The notes under the pieces: model-generated
Database searches by the model: none
Told to the model about the DNA's origin: nothing
The model's input: the letters and a program-made list of their open reading frames with translations, nothing else
Program-made: the position numbers and the translations under genes
DNA from: Candidatus Woesebacteria bacterium
GTDB taxonomy: Bacteria; Patescibacteriota; Microgenomatia; UBA8517
Length of the DNA stretch: 64,000 bases
Reading direction: 5' to 3'
NCBI GenBank assembly: GCA_016700095.1
Contig: CP065002.1
Location: 240,463-304,462, forward strand
In this document: positions 19,939 to 31,273 of the stretch, piece by piece
Position numbering within the stretch: the first letter of the stretch is position 1
How the letters are laid out: each line of letters begins with the position of its first letter

Positions 19939-20222
19939 TACAGGAAAGAATTTTCAAAACTTGATTAGCTGGTGATAAACAATAATTTGTTCAGAATTAG
20001 ATTAACTAAGTAAAAGAAATACAGTGAGAACAAATAAAAGTTGCTACAAGCTTTTAAATTTAAACACCGTAAATAAAAAAGGGTCGCAGATTAAACTTTT
20101 ACCAATTTTCTGCTATAATACATAAGTCCTCGATTAAGTGTCGGGATGTTAATTGAAACTTCCAAAAACATTTTTTTCAACTAATTTTTGGTCACTCTAA
20201 AATTGTTTTTGGCTAAAAAAAT

Positions 20223-22040
20223 ATGAATACAAAAATAATAAATGTAGCTGTAATTGCGCACGTTGACCATGGAAAGACGACTTTGGTGGATGCACTTTTG
20301 AAACAAACTCATGTCTTTCGGGAGAATCAAAGCGAAATGCAAGATACGCAAATAATGGATAGTAACGATTTGGAAAAAGAGCGGGGAATTACAATCTTAG
20401 CCAAAAACTGTTCCATTAGCTACAAAGACACAAAGATTAATATCATTGATACGCCGGGACACGCTGATTTTTCGGGTGAAGTAGAGCGAACTCTTGGTAT
20501 GGCAAATGGAGCATTGCTAATCGTTGATGCCCAGGAGGGGCCGATGCCGCAAACAAAAGTGGTATTAAAACGCGCCTTAGAAATGAATTTGAAAATAATC
20601 GTCTGCATAAACAAAATTGACAAAAAACATGCAAATCCAAAAGAAACTTTGGCAAAGATAGAATCGTTGTTTTTGGATCTTGCGACAAACGAAGAGGCTC
20701 TTGATTTTCCCGTTGTTTATACAATTGGGAAATTGGGAACGGCTTATTTGGAAGTACCCGTGAACTACGAAGACAAAGCAGATATCTTTCCGCTACTTGA
20801 TACCATATTAAATACTGTACCGCCATCAAATGTGAGAGACGGAGTGTTTAAAATGCCGGTTTCTTCGATTGACTTTGAAAGTCATTTGGGAAAAATCTCA
20901 ATTGGCAGGATCTATCAAGGGCAGATCAAAGCTAAAGATAAAGTAATTGTCACAAATGATATCAATAAAATTTGGACCGTCGACAAAGTATTCGTATACG
21001 AAGGATTGACAAGAAAAGAAGTTAATGAAGCACCTTGCGGAGAAATCGTTGCTCTGTCGGGGATAGGCCAAGTTGCAATTGGTGACACTTTATCGGATCC
21101 CACTGACATTACGTCGCTTCCTGCAGTTACGATTGGTGAACCAACACTTGCAATTACCATGGGACCAAATACGTCGCCGTTTGCAGGAAGAGAAGGAAAG
21201 TTCACGACAGGTAGACAAATTGAAGAAAGACTTGTCAAAGAACTTGAAAGTAATTTGAGTCTTAGAGTAACAAAGCTCGCAAATGGTAAATTTGCAGTTT
21301 CCGGCAGAGGTGAACTTCACTTATCGATTCTTCTGGAAACCATGCGTAGAGAAGGATTTGAAATGGAGGTAAGCAAGCCTGAGGTGATAATCAAAGAGGT
21401 TGATGGGCAAAAGCAAGAACCTGTTGAGGAAGTATCGATAATCGTACAAAACGAATATGTAGGAGCTGTGTCGGAAGAATTAGGTAGACGCTTGGCGACA
21501 TTAATCAGAATGGAGCCAAATGCAAATGGTGAAATGTTTTTTCTTTACAGCGCACCGACTAGAGTATTGATTGGTTTAAGGAGCGTTTTAACAACTGCAT
21601 CAAAAGGCACATTAGTGTATAGCTCTGTAATAGAAGGCTTCAAACCCTTGGGTAGGCCATTACCCAAACTGCGAAGGGGAGCGCTAATCGCAAGCCAAGA
21701 TGGTGAGACTTTGTCGTATGGATTGGAAAATGCTCAGCAAAGAGGAATTCTGTTTGTAGGATCGGGAGTAAAAATTTACGAAGGCATGATTGTTGGTATA
21801 AACAGCAAAAACGAAGACGTCATGGTGAATGCCTGTAAAGGAAAAAAGTTAACAAACATGAGAAGTAAATCCTCAGATGGTGTTATTCAGTTAACCCCTG
21901 CAACAGTATTGTCGCTTGAACAATCTCTTGATTTTCTCGAAGACGATGAGCTTTTGGAAATTACACCTTTGTCCCTTCGTTTGCGAAAAAAATTCCTGAC
22001 GGATATTGAGAGAAGGCGGCATCAGAGAAAAGCAAACTAG
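20223..22040 (+). CDS. typA: translational GTPase TypA/BipA
   Basis: AHVDHGKTTLVDALL G1 motif, DTPGHADF G3, NKIDK G4, EF-G-like domain architecture, 605 aa. Confidence 0.9.
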   Translation: MNTKIINVAVIAHVDHGKTTLVDALLKQTHVFRENQSEMQDTQIMDSNDLEKERGITILAKNCSISYKDTKINIIDTPGHADFSGEVERTLGMANGALLIVDAQEGPMPQTKVVLKRALEMNLKIIVCINKIDKKHANPKETLAKIESLFLDLATNEEALDFPVVYTIGKLGTAYLEVPVNYEDKADIFPLLDTILNTVPPSNVRDGVFKMPVSSIDFESHLGKISIGRIYQGQIKAKDKVIVTNDINKIWTVDKVFVYEGLTRKEVNEAPCGEIVALSGIGQVAIGDTLSDPTDITSLPAVTIGEPTLAITMGPNTSPFAGREGKFTTGRQIEERLVKELESNLSLRVTKLANGKFAVSGRGELHLSILLETMRREGFEMEVSKPEVIIKEVDGQKQEPVEEVSIIVQNEYVGAVSEELGRRLATLIRMEPNANGEMFFLYSAPTRVLIGLRSVLTTASKGTLVYSSVIEGFKPLGRPLPKLRRGALIASQDGETLSYGLENAQQRGILFVGSGVKIYEGMIVGINSKNEDVMVNACKGKKLTNMRSKSSDGVIQLTPATVLSLEQSLDFLEDDELLEITPLSLRLRKKFLTDIERRRHQRKAN

Positions 22041-22239
22041 CCAGAATTTCTCTTTTAATGGTGTGAATATATCTCCGGTGTTGATCTAAGTGATTCGACG
22101 TTTACTTTCAGATAACCAATAAAGAGTGCGGCAAAAAATGACAATAGATGTTAAACCGCTAGATTAGTTGCTTTAATTCAGTGTCTGACCCCGAACATAT
22201 TTCAAACAAAAAACTTTATTTTGTATTACAATAAGAATT

Positions 22240-22848
22240 ATGTCAGAAAATAGTGATGTCCCAATACCCGAACCTGCTCCTAAATATAAATATTCATATG
22301 CCTTTGGCGGTGATGAAGAGGCGGAGCGTGTTACCGATTTGTTCCCCCCTGGGAAATTAGTTGATACCAGACTAATCGACTCATTGGTGGGTGCGATTGA
22401 GCAACAATTCCCCGAAGATAAAAGGAGGCATACAATAGCTCAATACATAATTTCGATGGCTACTCAAGGTGTAGATGTAGCAGGAGGTGCAGAAAATGTG
22501 GCATACGCCATATCTCCAAAAGATATGGTGTCAGCTTCGGAACCTCCAACGAGAGAACAAAAGGGCATTCTTCAAAGATTATTTCAAAGAAGAGAAAAAC
22601 AAGGCAAAGAAAGCTCACCACCGAATTATGCTTCCTTAGATGAAGTTAAGGGCAATGGATTTGTATATGCACTTGCAGGTGTTTCCGCTTCACTAGAGGG
22701 AGAGGAAAGAGGTGGGTTTGTTAATATATTATCTGATCAATTAAGAGAGCATATAGGCAATGCAGGTGGTGAAGACAAAGTGCGTTTACAGGGTATTCAT
22801 GAGGAGATTACAACTGCAATCTTGCACGGCAAATCGCGTTGGGAATAA
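22240..22848 (+). CDS. hypothetical protein
   Basis: ORF track. Confidence 0.4.
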   Translation: MSENSDVPIPEPAPKYKYSYAFGGDEEAERVTDLFPPGKLVDTRLIDSLVGAIEQQFPEDKRRHTIAQYIISMATQGVDVAGGAENVAYAISPKDMVSASEPPTREQKGILQRLFQRREKQGKESSPPNYASLDEVKGNGFVYALAGVSASLEGEERGGFVNILSDQLREHIGNAGGEDKVRLQGIHEEITTAILHGKSRWE

Positions 22849-23643
22849 TAGTCCACAAAGGTTTTTGCTTCGATAACAGACAAGTGGTCACGACTAAGAT
22901 ATTTCAGATTGTGGTGGGGACGAAGAATGACAGGAAAATTTACAAATCACATAGGTAGTTGCTTTTCAGATAGAAAAGATGCAAAATTGCGCTATGACGG
23001 GTATTATTGAGCGTATATTAGGTACAAAGGCGCCTATTGTGGTTAAGAAACCTGACCCCAATAGATTAGTAGAATGCAAAATACCCTCCCAGCCTGACTC
23101 CTTGGGTGGTCCTGCAAACCAGTCTGCTGCGGAGTGTCCACATGTTTTTGTGAACGAGCATGGTAGACGCTTATGTACAACAAATAACCTAGGTTGCCCA
23201 AGAGTAAAAACAAATTAAGATTAATATTTTCACTATTGAATAACACTTTTCTCTATTGAAAATAGAAACGTACCGTATTTAACTCCTTGTTCATTATTAA
23301 CAAATCTATTGACTTTAGAAATTATGTATAGTGAAATAGACGGGTATGACTGTTGATAACATAGTGGAAAGACCCTGTATCGTTGCGGGACAGGCGGATT
23401 GTGGGGGATCTGTGGATCACCAGACAGCTAGCACGTGCTCCTACAGACGGGGATCAGGACCGATCGGTCCAGGAAGGATATATACATGTTCAGTATATCC
23501 TCCAAGAAAAGATTGCCTTATGGAATTAATGCGTGTAGGGGAAAAAACAGATTAATACTCTCGCTTTTTTGCCCCAGTGCTTAGCTTTAAAGGACAGACC
23601 TTTAAAGGTTACCCAACTTCTTACTTGCTAAACAAAGCTTACC

Positions 23644-24357
23644 TTGTATACAATCAATATCGCTATGGAAATACTTGAAACAGTAATTAGCTTTATTCTT
23701 CACATCGACAAACATTTGGCTGAAATCATTTCAAATTATGGCGCTCTGACATATGGAATACTATTCGTAATTATCTTTATTGAAACTGGCCTTGTGGTAA
23801 CACCTTTTTTACCGGGGGATAGTCTTTTGTTTGCCGCAGGTGCCTTTGCCGCACTGGGAACCCTAAATATTTGGTTACTGCTTCTTTTGCTGATTGTTGC
23901 TGCTGTTTTAGGAGATACGGCAAATTATTGGATCGGACATATCTTTGGTGACCGGATTCTCAAAAATCCAAGAATTCCCATTAATCCCGAACATGTTGAA
24001 AAGACGGAAAACTTTTTTGAGAAACATGGCGGCAAAACTATTATCTTAGCCCGGTTTGTGCCGATTGTCAGAACTTTTGCGCCGTTTGTGGCGGGAATAG
24101 GCAAAATGCATTACGGTAGATTTCTCTCATATAATGTCGTCGGTGGAATTACGTGGATCGTTTTATTTCTTTTTGCCGGCTACTTTTTCGGCAATATTCC
24201 GGCAGTTCAACACAATTTTACACTTGTAATTGTGGCTATTATTTTGCTTTCGGTTTTACCGATGGTTTATCACGCCGTCAAAGAAAAATTAACTAAGTCA
24301 CACATTAGAGACACACGTCTAGATTCCAAGGATACCAAAAAGAAAAAGACAATATAA
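23644..24357 (+). CDS. DedA-family membrane protein
   Basis: FIETGLVVTPFLPGDSLLFAAG signature. Confidence 0.75.
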   Translation: MYTINIAMEILETVISFILHIDKHLAEIISNYGALTYGILFVIIFIETGLVVTPFLPGDSLLFAAGAFAALGTLNIWLLLLLLIVAAVLGDTANYWIGHIFGDRILKNPRIPINPEHVEKTENFFEKHGGKTIILARFVPIVRTFAPFVAGIGKMHYGRFLSYNVVGGITWIVLFLFAGYFFGNIPAVQHNFTLVIVAIILLSVLPMVYHAVKEKLTKSHIRDTRLDSKDTKKKKTI

Positions 24358-24398
24358 ACAATATATTGCACCCCACAAATAAGTGATATAATTTTTAT

Positions 24399-24989
24399 AT
24401 GAAGATTTTCCTCGCCTTGCTTTTTATATTTTTTCCTCTTATTGCTCCGTTATCCGTAAATGCTCAAGCTGTGGGAGATTGTAAATGCTCAAAAGTTGTT
24501 GATGCAATTGAAAATGCCAAAAAGTACGAGTACATATTTTCCGGTTCGGTAGAAAAAATAATTGAATCGGGCAGTGAGCATGTCGTCAGTTTTAAACTTA
24601 TAAAAAGCTATAAAGGATATTTAAATGAGAGTTTTAATGTATATACCTCAAATGAAGAAGCTAAATGTGGTTACAAATTTGTCAAAGGTCGGGAGTATTT
24701 TGTTTTCGCGTCCCTGGATGGCCAGGGGAGAATTGTTACCGGGAAATGTTCGCAAAACGAGTTCCTGGAAGAAGCAGGAGATGATGTTGCTGCAATTGCC
24801 GGTCGAAAAATTGCTTCAGAAACTAAAGACAAATTTACCAAAACCGCTTCGAATTCGATGGGTCCGCTTAGTGAAACAACGCCGGCAATGACAGTCGTTG
24901 TTCTATCGGCTGCTGCTGTTTTGATTCTTGGAGTCGGAGTTGGTATGACTGGAGTCCCCAATGAGCGCAAAAAGAAAAAATCCGATTAA
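24399..24989 (+). CDS. hypothetical secreted protein with C-terminal TM anchor and KKKK tail
   Basis: signal peptide, C-terminal hydrophobic stretch. Confidence 0.45.
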   Translation: MKIFLALLFIFFPLIAPLSVNAQAVGDCKCSKVVDAIENAKKYEYIFSGSVEKIIESGSEHVVSFKLIKSYKGYLNESFNVYTSNEEAKCGYKFVKGREYFVFASLDGQGRIVTGKCSQNEFLEEAGDDVAAIAGRKIASETKDKFTKTASNSMGPLSETTPAMTVVVLSAAAVLILGVGVGMTGVPNERKKKKSD

Positions 24990-25255
24990 AATACTTCCTT
25001 TGTTATATCAGTAAGTAACCCCACCCAAATATTAAAATAGTCAATCTTAGTAAAGTTTGCAACACTTTGCATGCATCGTAATTTTCGCCCAAACATTTAT
25101 TTTCTCTTTTTGACAATTCCACGCGATTTAGTGTTTGGATGGAGAATACGCTCCTCGCCGAAGGCGTAGAAAAGTTATTACGGACTTTGGATCGTAGAGA
25201 ATTGCTGCATGAAACAAATCAAAAATTGAATGTGAAAATTTAAGTATGTGGCGGA

Positions 25256-25894
25256 TTATTTAAGTGTCGGAATATTTGGAGCTTCAGAATTTTTTAAACC
25301 AACGTTAATCATGTATGCCTGACCCGGAAAGAGTTGGAAGTTGTTGTCACTGGGGGTGGTGCAGAAATGATAATCCCATCTTCCATTCTCGAATTGAGAG
25401 ATGGAGTCTACCTTCAGATTATTTGTGGTGTGTAAGTCACAGAGCGTGTTGGCATAAACACTATCGACAATAGTCTGCGAAACACCGGCGAGGTTTAGAC
25501 CTGGGGTTAGTTGATAGGGTGAACCAGCGATAACACCTGCCAGTGACCAAGTTGTGTCTGATGCACTTTTAAGCATATATCCGTGATTGGGTAGTATGTC
25601 GAAGTTTGCTGTGTTTTCTTTGCAATCATAGTATTCCCATGTGTTAGCTGTGATTGTGGCAATTTTTTCACTTTCGGTAACCATTGTACAAATATCGCGA
25701 GCCGTGAAACTTGTCGTAAGCGGAATTGCAAAACTATTCCATCCTTTTTCAAATTGATAAAAAAGACTCGAATCCGGCCCTTTGTTTTCACTTGCCTTTG
25801 AAGCAACCTTAACGTTAGTTGAGATTACAGTAGTTGTTGTAACAAGTGCCGCTGAAGCCACGATAAGAGAAAAAAATTTATTACTTAACGTCAT
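25256..25894 (-). CDS. hypothetical secreted protein, paralog of the adjacent upstream gene
   Basis: shared WN-(F/V)A(I/L)PL core with 25895..26563. Confidence 0.5.
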   Translation of the reverse strand: MTLSNKFFSLIVASAALVTTTTVISTNVKVASKASENKGPDSSLFYQFEKGWNSFAIPLTTSFTARDICTMVTESEKIATITANTWEYYDCKENTANFDILPNHGYMLKSASDTTWSLAGVIAGSPYQLTPGLNLAGVSQTIVDSVYANTLCDLHTTNNLKVDSISQFENGRWDYHFCTTPSDNNFQLFPGQAYMINVGLKNSEAPNIPTLK

Positions 25895-26563
25895 TTATTG
25901 GGTGGGTAGATTTAATTTGCGATTGGTCTTAGCCGGTTTATCCATTTCCTTCAATTGTATGAGGTAGCCGACTCCATAATTCAGCTTAAAATTATTTACG
26001 CTAGGTAAACTGCAGATGTGTGTATCCCAACCATTGTTTTTCATCTGGTAAATTTCAACTGCCTCCAATTTCTTGCGTGGTGTAAATTTTTTGCACACTT
26101 CGTCTGCGAATAAATCCTTCTTTTCATTTTGCACAAAATTAAACATATAAAACCCGGCTCCTGCCAAATCAAAGTTCACAGGAACCTTTGCTCCTTTAAT
26201 TTCCCAATCTCGAGCCTCGGACATGTAAAAAAGATAGCCCAAGTTGGGAATTATTTTGGCATTTTCGATTTCGGGAAATCTGCAGTTGTAAGCAAGATAG
26301 GGGTTTTCGTTGCCATTTTGCCATTTGTAAACGGCAGTGACTTGCAACTGGCTGCATACATCAGAATAAGTTAATCCGGTTTCAAGGGGCAGAGCAACGG
26401 TGTTCCATCCCTTAATTAAATTGTAAACCAAAGTACTTTTACGATTTGCTTTAGCCTGAGCAAACTTAGTATCGATACTTGTCTGAGTTATTATTAAAGT
26501 AAGAGTAACAAGCAATGCTGCTAGGGGAACAATAATCGAGAAAAATTGCTTAGAACCTTTCAT
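25895..26563 (-). CDS. hypothetical secreted protein, paralog of 25256..25894
   Basis: tandem paralog, abutting stop/start. Confidence 0.5.
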   Translation of the reverse strand: MKGSKQFFSIIVPLAALLVTLTLIITQTSIDTKFAQAKANRKSTLVYNLIKGWNTVALPLETGLTYSDVCSQLQVTAVYKWQNGNENPYLAYNCRFPEIENAKIIPNLGYLFYMSEARDWEIKGAKVPVNFDLAGAGFYMFNFVQNEKKDLFADEVCKKFTPRKKLEAVEIYQMKNNGWDTHICSLPSVNNFKLNYGVGYLIQLKEMDKPAKTNRKLNLPTQ

Positions 26564-27019
26564 ACATTCATTATATTTACTATTTTTTGATTAAGTCAAG
26601 CAACTAATCACTTGGGCTTTTATTACTTAACTTTATTTGTTATAATTGCAGTGCGCAATTAATTTTGCATTTAGTATGAGTTAATAGTCAATCAGATGGA
26701 TCTTGGTTTTTCACCAAGATAGATAAACCGCCATCTGGGCGGTTTTCGCATTTTTTAGGCTTTAGCTTACTAGGTACTCTGTACTTTAAAAATTGAAGAT
26801 TAATTAATTTTTTGACCTCACGGGATTTCCATTATTTTTTTGGAATCGCCCATGGGGGCCGAGCAGGAACGTGTTCGGTATTCAAAAAATGACTGGAAAT
26901 GTGTAAGACGAAAATTTTGTTTGTTTTTACACAAGCAGGGTTTCAAATCGTCACAATTTGAGGGTTTGATCCTGGCCCAGGACAAATGCTGGCGGCGTGC
27001 TTTGGTATGCAAGTGGATC

Positions 27020-27455
27020 GGGCGCAGCCCGCAACACCCAGCTAACAACAATCAACAAACAACTTTGATAGAATAAATTAATGAGTTTCAGATTTCTGAA
27101 ATTTAAAGTTTACCAGGATGCAAAAACACTGCATTCAGAAGTTGTTATTATATCGAGAAAATTCCCAAAAGATTTCTATTATCTCAAAGATCAGTTAAGA
27201 AGATGCTCTCTTTCAGTTGTCTTAAATATTGCTGAAGGTTCGGCTAAGACTTCCGACAAAGATTTTAATAGATATATCGAAAATTCACTGGGGTCTGCAA
27301 ATGAGGCAGCTTCTGCATTAGATGTTGCTTACTCCGAAAAAATAATAGAAATACATGATTATCACACTTTGTTAAAGTTAACAGAGGAAATTGTAAATCA
27401 ATTAGGTGGTTTTTCTAAAAAGTTGAAAGTTGGTGGTTGAGTGTTGTGGGTTACG
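27020..27455 (+). other. 16S intervening sequence forming a long hairpin (gcgcagcccgcaacac / gtgttgtgggttacgc) with a protein gene in the loop
   Basis: interrupts conserved 16S sequence between gcaagtggatcgg and gctagacgcgaacggctgagtaacacg. Confidence 0.6.
27081..27440 (+). CDS. four-helix-bundle protein of the rRNA intervening-sequence family (23S rRNA IVS protein-like)
   Basis: 119 aa; LHSEVVIISRKFPKDFYYLKDQLRRCSLSVVLNIAEGSAK pattern characteristic of IVS-encoded 4HB proteins; located inside the 16S IVS. Confidence 0.7.
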   Translation: MSFRFLKFKVYQDAKTLHSEVVIISRKFPKDFYYLKDQLRRCSLSVVLNIAEGSAKTSDKDFNRYIENSLGSANEAASALDVAYSEKIIEIHDYHTLLKLTEEIVNQLGGFSKKLKVGG

Positions 27456-27583
27456 CTAGACGCGAACGGCTGAGTAACACGTAGGAATCTACCTCTTGGC
27501 GGGGAATAGCCATGGGAAACCATGGTTAATACCGCATAAGATCTTCGGATGAAAGGATGTAACTATCCACCGAGAGAGGAGCC

Positions 27584-27626
<43 letters not shown>

Positions 27627-28149
27627 TACAACGGGTAGGGGACGTGAGAGCGTGTACCCCCAGAATGGTACTGAGATACGGACCATACACCTACGGGTGG
27701 CGCAACCAGGAATCGTGCGCAATGGGCGAAAGCCTGACGCCGCGACGCCGCGTGAAGGATTAAGGCCTATGGGTTGTAAACTTCTTTTACTTAAGTGGAG
27801 ACACTTTTGGGAATAAGCACCGGCTAACTTCGTGCCAGCAGCAGCGGTAATACGAAGGGTGCAAGCATTGTCCGGATTTATTGGGCGTAAAGCGTTCCGT
27901 AGGCGCATTGGAAAGTCACATTTCAAAGACCGGGGCTCAACCTCGGAAAGGGATGTGATACTACCTTTGTTGAAATATGTAGGGGCTACTGGAACTTAAC
28001 ATGTAGGAGTGAAATCCGTTGATATGTTAAGGAACACCGAGGGCGTAGGCAGGTAGCTGGACATTATTTGACGCTGATGGACGAAAGCCAGGGTAGCGAA
28101 AGGGATTAGAGACCCCTGTAGTCCTGGCCGTAAACGATGCTCGCTAGGG

Positions 28150-28290
28150 ATGTGGTCTACAAAGCATGTATGCTTTAAGAAACAGCCAACAATTAACAAA
28201 CAACTAACAACGAATTTAAGTTGGTAGTTGAGAGTTGAGGGTTGGGTGTTGTCTACAAAATGTATACATATTTTGTAGACTGCGTTCCGT
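28150..28290 (+). other. second 16S expansion/intervening hairpin (gtctacaaa...tttgtagac) with aacaattaacaaacaac motif
   Basis: replaces the short helix between ccgtaaacgatg and gctaacgcgttaagc. Confidence 0.5.
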
Positions 28291-28338
28291 AAGCTAACGC
28301 GTTAAGCGAGCCGCCTGGGGAGTACGAGCGCAAGCTTA

Positions 28339-28370
<32 letters not shown>

Positions 28371-29375
28371 CCAGTGGAGCATGTGGTTTAATTCGAGACG
28401 AACCGAAGAACCTTACCTGGACTTGACATCCCGACGACCGTTCTAGAGATAGAATTTTCACTATGTGACGTCGGTGACAGGTGCTGCATGGCTATCGTCA
28501 GCTCGTGCCGTAGGGTGTTCCCTTCAGTGGGGTAACGAGCGCAACCCTTGCCGTATGTTAAATTGTTCATACGGGACTGGTCGCCTTTGGCGACAGGAAG
28601 CGGGGACGATGTTAAGTCAGCATGGCCCTTATGTCCAGGGCTACACACATGCTACAATGGAGCCGACAGAGGGTTGCCAAAGAGCAATCTGGAGCTAATC
28701 CCAAAAACGGCTTCTCAGTTGGGATTGAGGGCTGCAATTCGCCCTCATGAACGCGGAATTGGTAGTAATCGCAAATCAGCTAAGTTGCGGTGAATACGTT
28801 CTCGGGTCTTGTACACACCGCCCGTCAAGTCAGAGGAGTTGGGGGCACCCGAACACCGAGAGTCTCGGTGGAAGGTGAAATCAGCAACTAGGATTAAGTC
28901 GTAACAAGGTATCCGTTCTGGAAGGAGCGGATGGATCACCTCCTTTCATGGAGTTGAGGTACGAAAAGTACAATAACACCCAAGTTTTCAGTCAGCGGTT
29001 TCTTTGTCTTTTTTAAGTTTACTTAAGGAAGAATAAAAACCGAGTCCGTATGTAACAACGATAAAGTACCGCTTCCAGTCATTTTTTGAGTGAGAGTATT
29101 AATCTTCAATTTTAAAAGTTTACTTCTAACAGTTTCGGATTTATTTTCGTAAAATCTTTAACCGTAGACTGATACAACCGACTTTAGTTGGTAGAGGATG
29201 TCATTTCGAACCTTATTCCCTTTACTGTAAATTCGTGAGTTAATTACATCAAGCATAGCTTAAATGCTTGACGATATATAAACCAAATGATTAAATGAGT
29301 TATGCCAAAGAGTAGAATAGTCCGCAGTGTATCTTGTGTAAGACTTCCCAACTAGATTTTATTTAATTTATTAAT

Positions 29376-29687
29376 ATGGCACTTACTAAATCAGATTTTA
29401 AAGAAATGAGAAAGGTTGTATCTGAAAGTGTGACCGATATAGTTGTCGATGCATCTCAATTAATTCTTAGTGGTATCCAAAAGATGTTTGATGTGCGGGA
29501 TATTAGATTTGATGTTCATGATAAAAAACTGGATAAATTAACTAAAGATATCCAAAGTATTAAACTAGATACGAGGTTTATAAAAGATGATATTGCAGGT
29601 ATAAATGGTGAGCTTGGACTCAAAGCATCTAAAAAAGATATAATCAAACTTACCCAAAAGGTTGAAAATTATCATCCCTCGAATTAG
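29376..29687 (+). CDS. hypothetical coiled-coil protein, paralog of 37066..37314
   Basis: shared M-LTK-D...R-V termini and ...HPS C-terminus. Confidence 0.4.
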   Translation: MALTKSDFKEMRKVVSESVTDIVVDASQLILSGIQKMFDVRDIRFDVHDKKLDKLTKDIQSIKLDTRFIKDDIAGINGELGLKASKKDIIKLTQKVENYHPSN

Positions 29688-29951
29688 ATTGATATTTATA
29701 ATTCATCCCACTAAAAAACCCGCCGTGAAGCGGGTTAAACTTTTCTCAAATACAAAAGCGTATGGAGGGTAGGTGTGCAAAGAGGTGCTTTGCTGTGTCT
29801 ATTCTTCGTAAGAAGAAAAGGGTACAGCCAGGCATTCTTTGTAAAAGTGCTTTAGAGGTTGTGTAGAAAACCTAACCCTCCACACGTTTTTGTACTTAGC
29901 TATTATAGCATCACTTAAAAATAATTCACGGGTATTTTTCAGGATAACAGA

Positions 29952-31226
29952 TTGATATCACCTCGTACAAAATACATTTTTGAAATCTCAATAGTATGGG
30001 GTAAAATACCTACCATGTGTCGAGAAAGAAACTTGGTGGAAAAAAAGACTAGAGTAAACGGAATTGATGTGCATGGATCAGAAAATCCACTAAATCAGCC
30101 GGAAATAAATGCTTTAGTGGAACAAGTAAATCAGAATCCTGTTTTACACCCAAACATCCTAAAAGCAACACATTTTGCATGGCAAGGTGATACTGATACT
30201 GTACCGCAAATCGTTGGGTATGAGCTAGGGTGGAGAGGGCATTTGCAATTTGTTGATGCACATTACCAGGCACTGTCCCAAATTGTCGGTAAAAGTATAA
30301 AAGGAGTCGATGTTGAATTGACCCGTATGGTCGTTAACGAGAATGAATCGGTAGGTCCCGCATCATACCACTTGGGATATTTAGTTTCGGGTTTCAAAGA
30401 TTCCGCTGGTACTGATGGAAATTGGCACCCATCACCATATAACCCTACAGTGTCAGCCTATTACAATCACGCGCATAAAATTGACTATGGTGAAGTGCAT
30501 GAAATGGGTCACAGAGTGCTGCACCTGCCAGATACTTATTCCATTGATACTGTACTTTCTCCTACCGGAAATGACATACTGGCGAATGTACCACAGCCAT
30601 GGCTTACATATATGACTCACAAAAGAAACGATAGAGGTCCTGATTTGATGAATGGAGGTTTGTATATGGGGGAAGCAAGTTATCGCCTTGATCCATACGC
30701 CACATGGTTACTTCAAAGGCGTTTTGTACAGGGTTGGCAGCATGATTTGGCACGAGCAATCCCAGAAGGCGCGTGGAACTTTCCTCATGAGGTACCAAAT
30801 GAAACTACACTCGAAGCAAAGGGTTGGGAAGGAGCCAGCTTGACAATTTTTAGAACCGATGGCACAGAAATGGAAAAACATCTTGCGGAAGAACCGGTAT
30901 TTTCCGGGCAATTTAATCAAGATGGCAAAATTACCATAGGAGATCCGTTTGAGGGTGTCGACAATAGTGACGGTTTTGTGCCGAATTATCGATCATTGCT
31001 ACTTCTTAAAGCCACAAGACCGGATGGAACCATTGGTGTTCGTTATATGGATATTGGTGATTTTAATATGGCTACGGGTTTAAAAGGGGAGCACTCAAGC
31101 CGTGCGGAAATGCGATTGATTGGTGGCTTTGCGGATGTTTCAGATCCGAATGTCACACCGGAGAATTTCAATTGGACGATATTACGTAATCCGATAGATG
31201 TTTATATGCCAATAGTTGCAAAGTAA
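29952..31226 (+). CDS. hypothetical protein with HEMGH (HExxH) zinc-peptidase-like motif
   Basis: motif only; GC content higher than surrounding genome. Confidence 0.45.
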   Translation: MISPRTKYIFEISIVWGKIPTMCRERNLVEKKTRVNGIDVHGSENPLNQPEINALVEQVNQNPVLHPNILKATHFAWQGDTDTVPQIVGYELGWRGHLQFVDAHYQALSQIVGKSIKGVDVELTRMVVNENESVGPASYHLGYLVSGFKDSAGTDGNWHPSPYNPTVSAYYNHAHKIDYGEVHEMGHRVLHLPDTYSIDTVLSPTGNDILANVPQPWLTYMTHKRNDRGPDLMNGGLYMGEASYRLDPYATWLLQRRFVQGWQHDLARAIPEGAWNFPHEVPNETTLEAKGWEGASLTIFRTDGTEMEKHLAEEPVFSGQFNQDGKITIGDPFEGVDNSDGFVPNYRSLLLLKATRPDGTIGVRYMDIGDFNMATGLKGEHSSRAEMRLIGGFADVSDPNVTPENFNWTILRNPIDVYMPIVAK

Positions 31227-31273
31227 GATTTCTATCAATTCGAGAGGTCCACGGACTATTGGGCACTTACTAA

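Noticed and set aside
23400-23480. SRP (4.5S) RNA candidate: gatcaggaccgatcggtccaggaagga resembles the domain IV CAGG..GGAAGGA motif
   Set aside because: It lacks the conserved AGCAGC strand and the flanking helix, and is probably a chance resemblance in a GC-richer patch. The small Cys-rich ORFs here (22979..23218, 23346..23555) are also left uncalled for lack of support.
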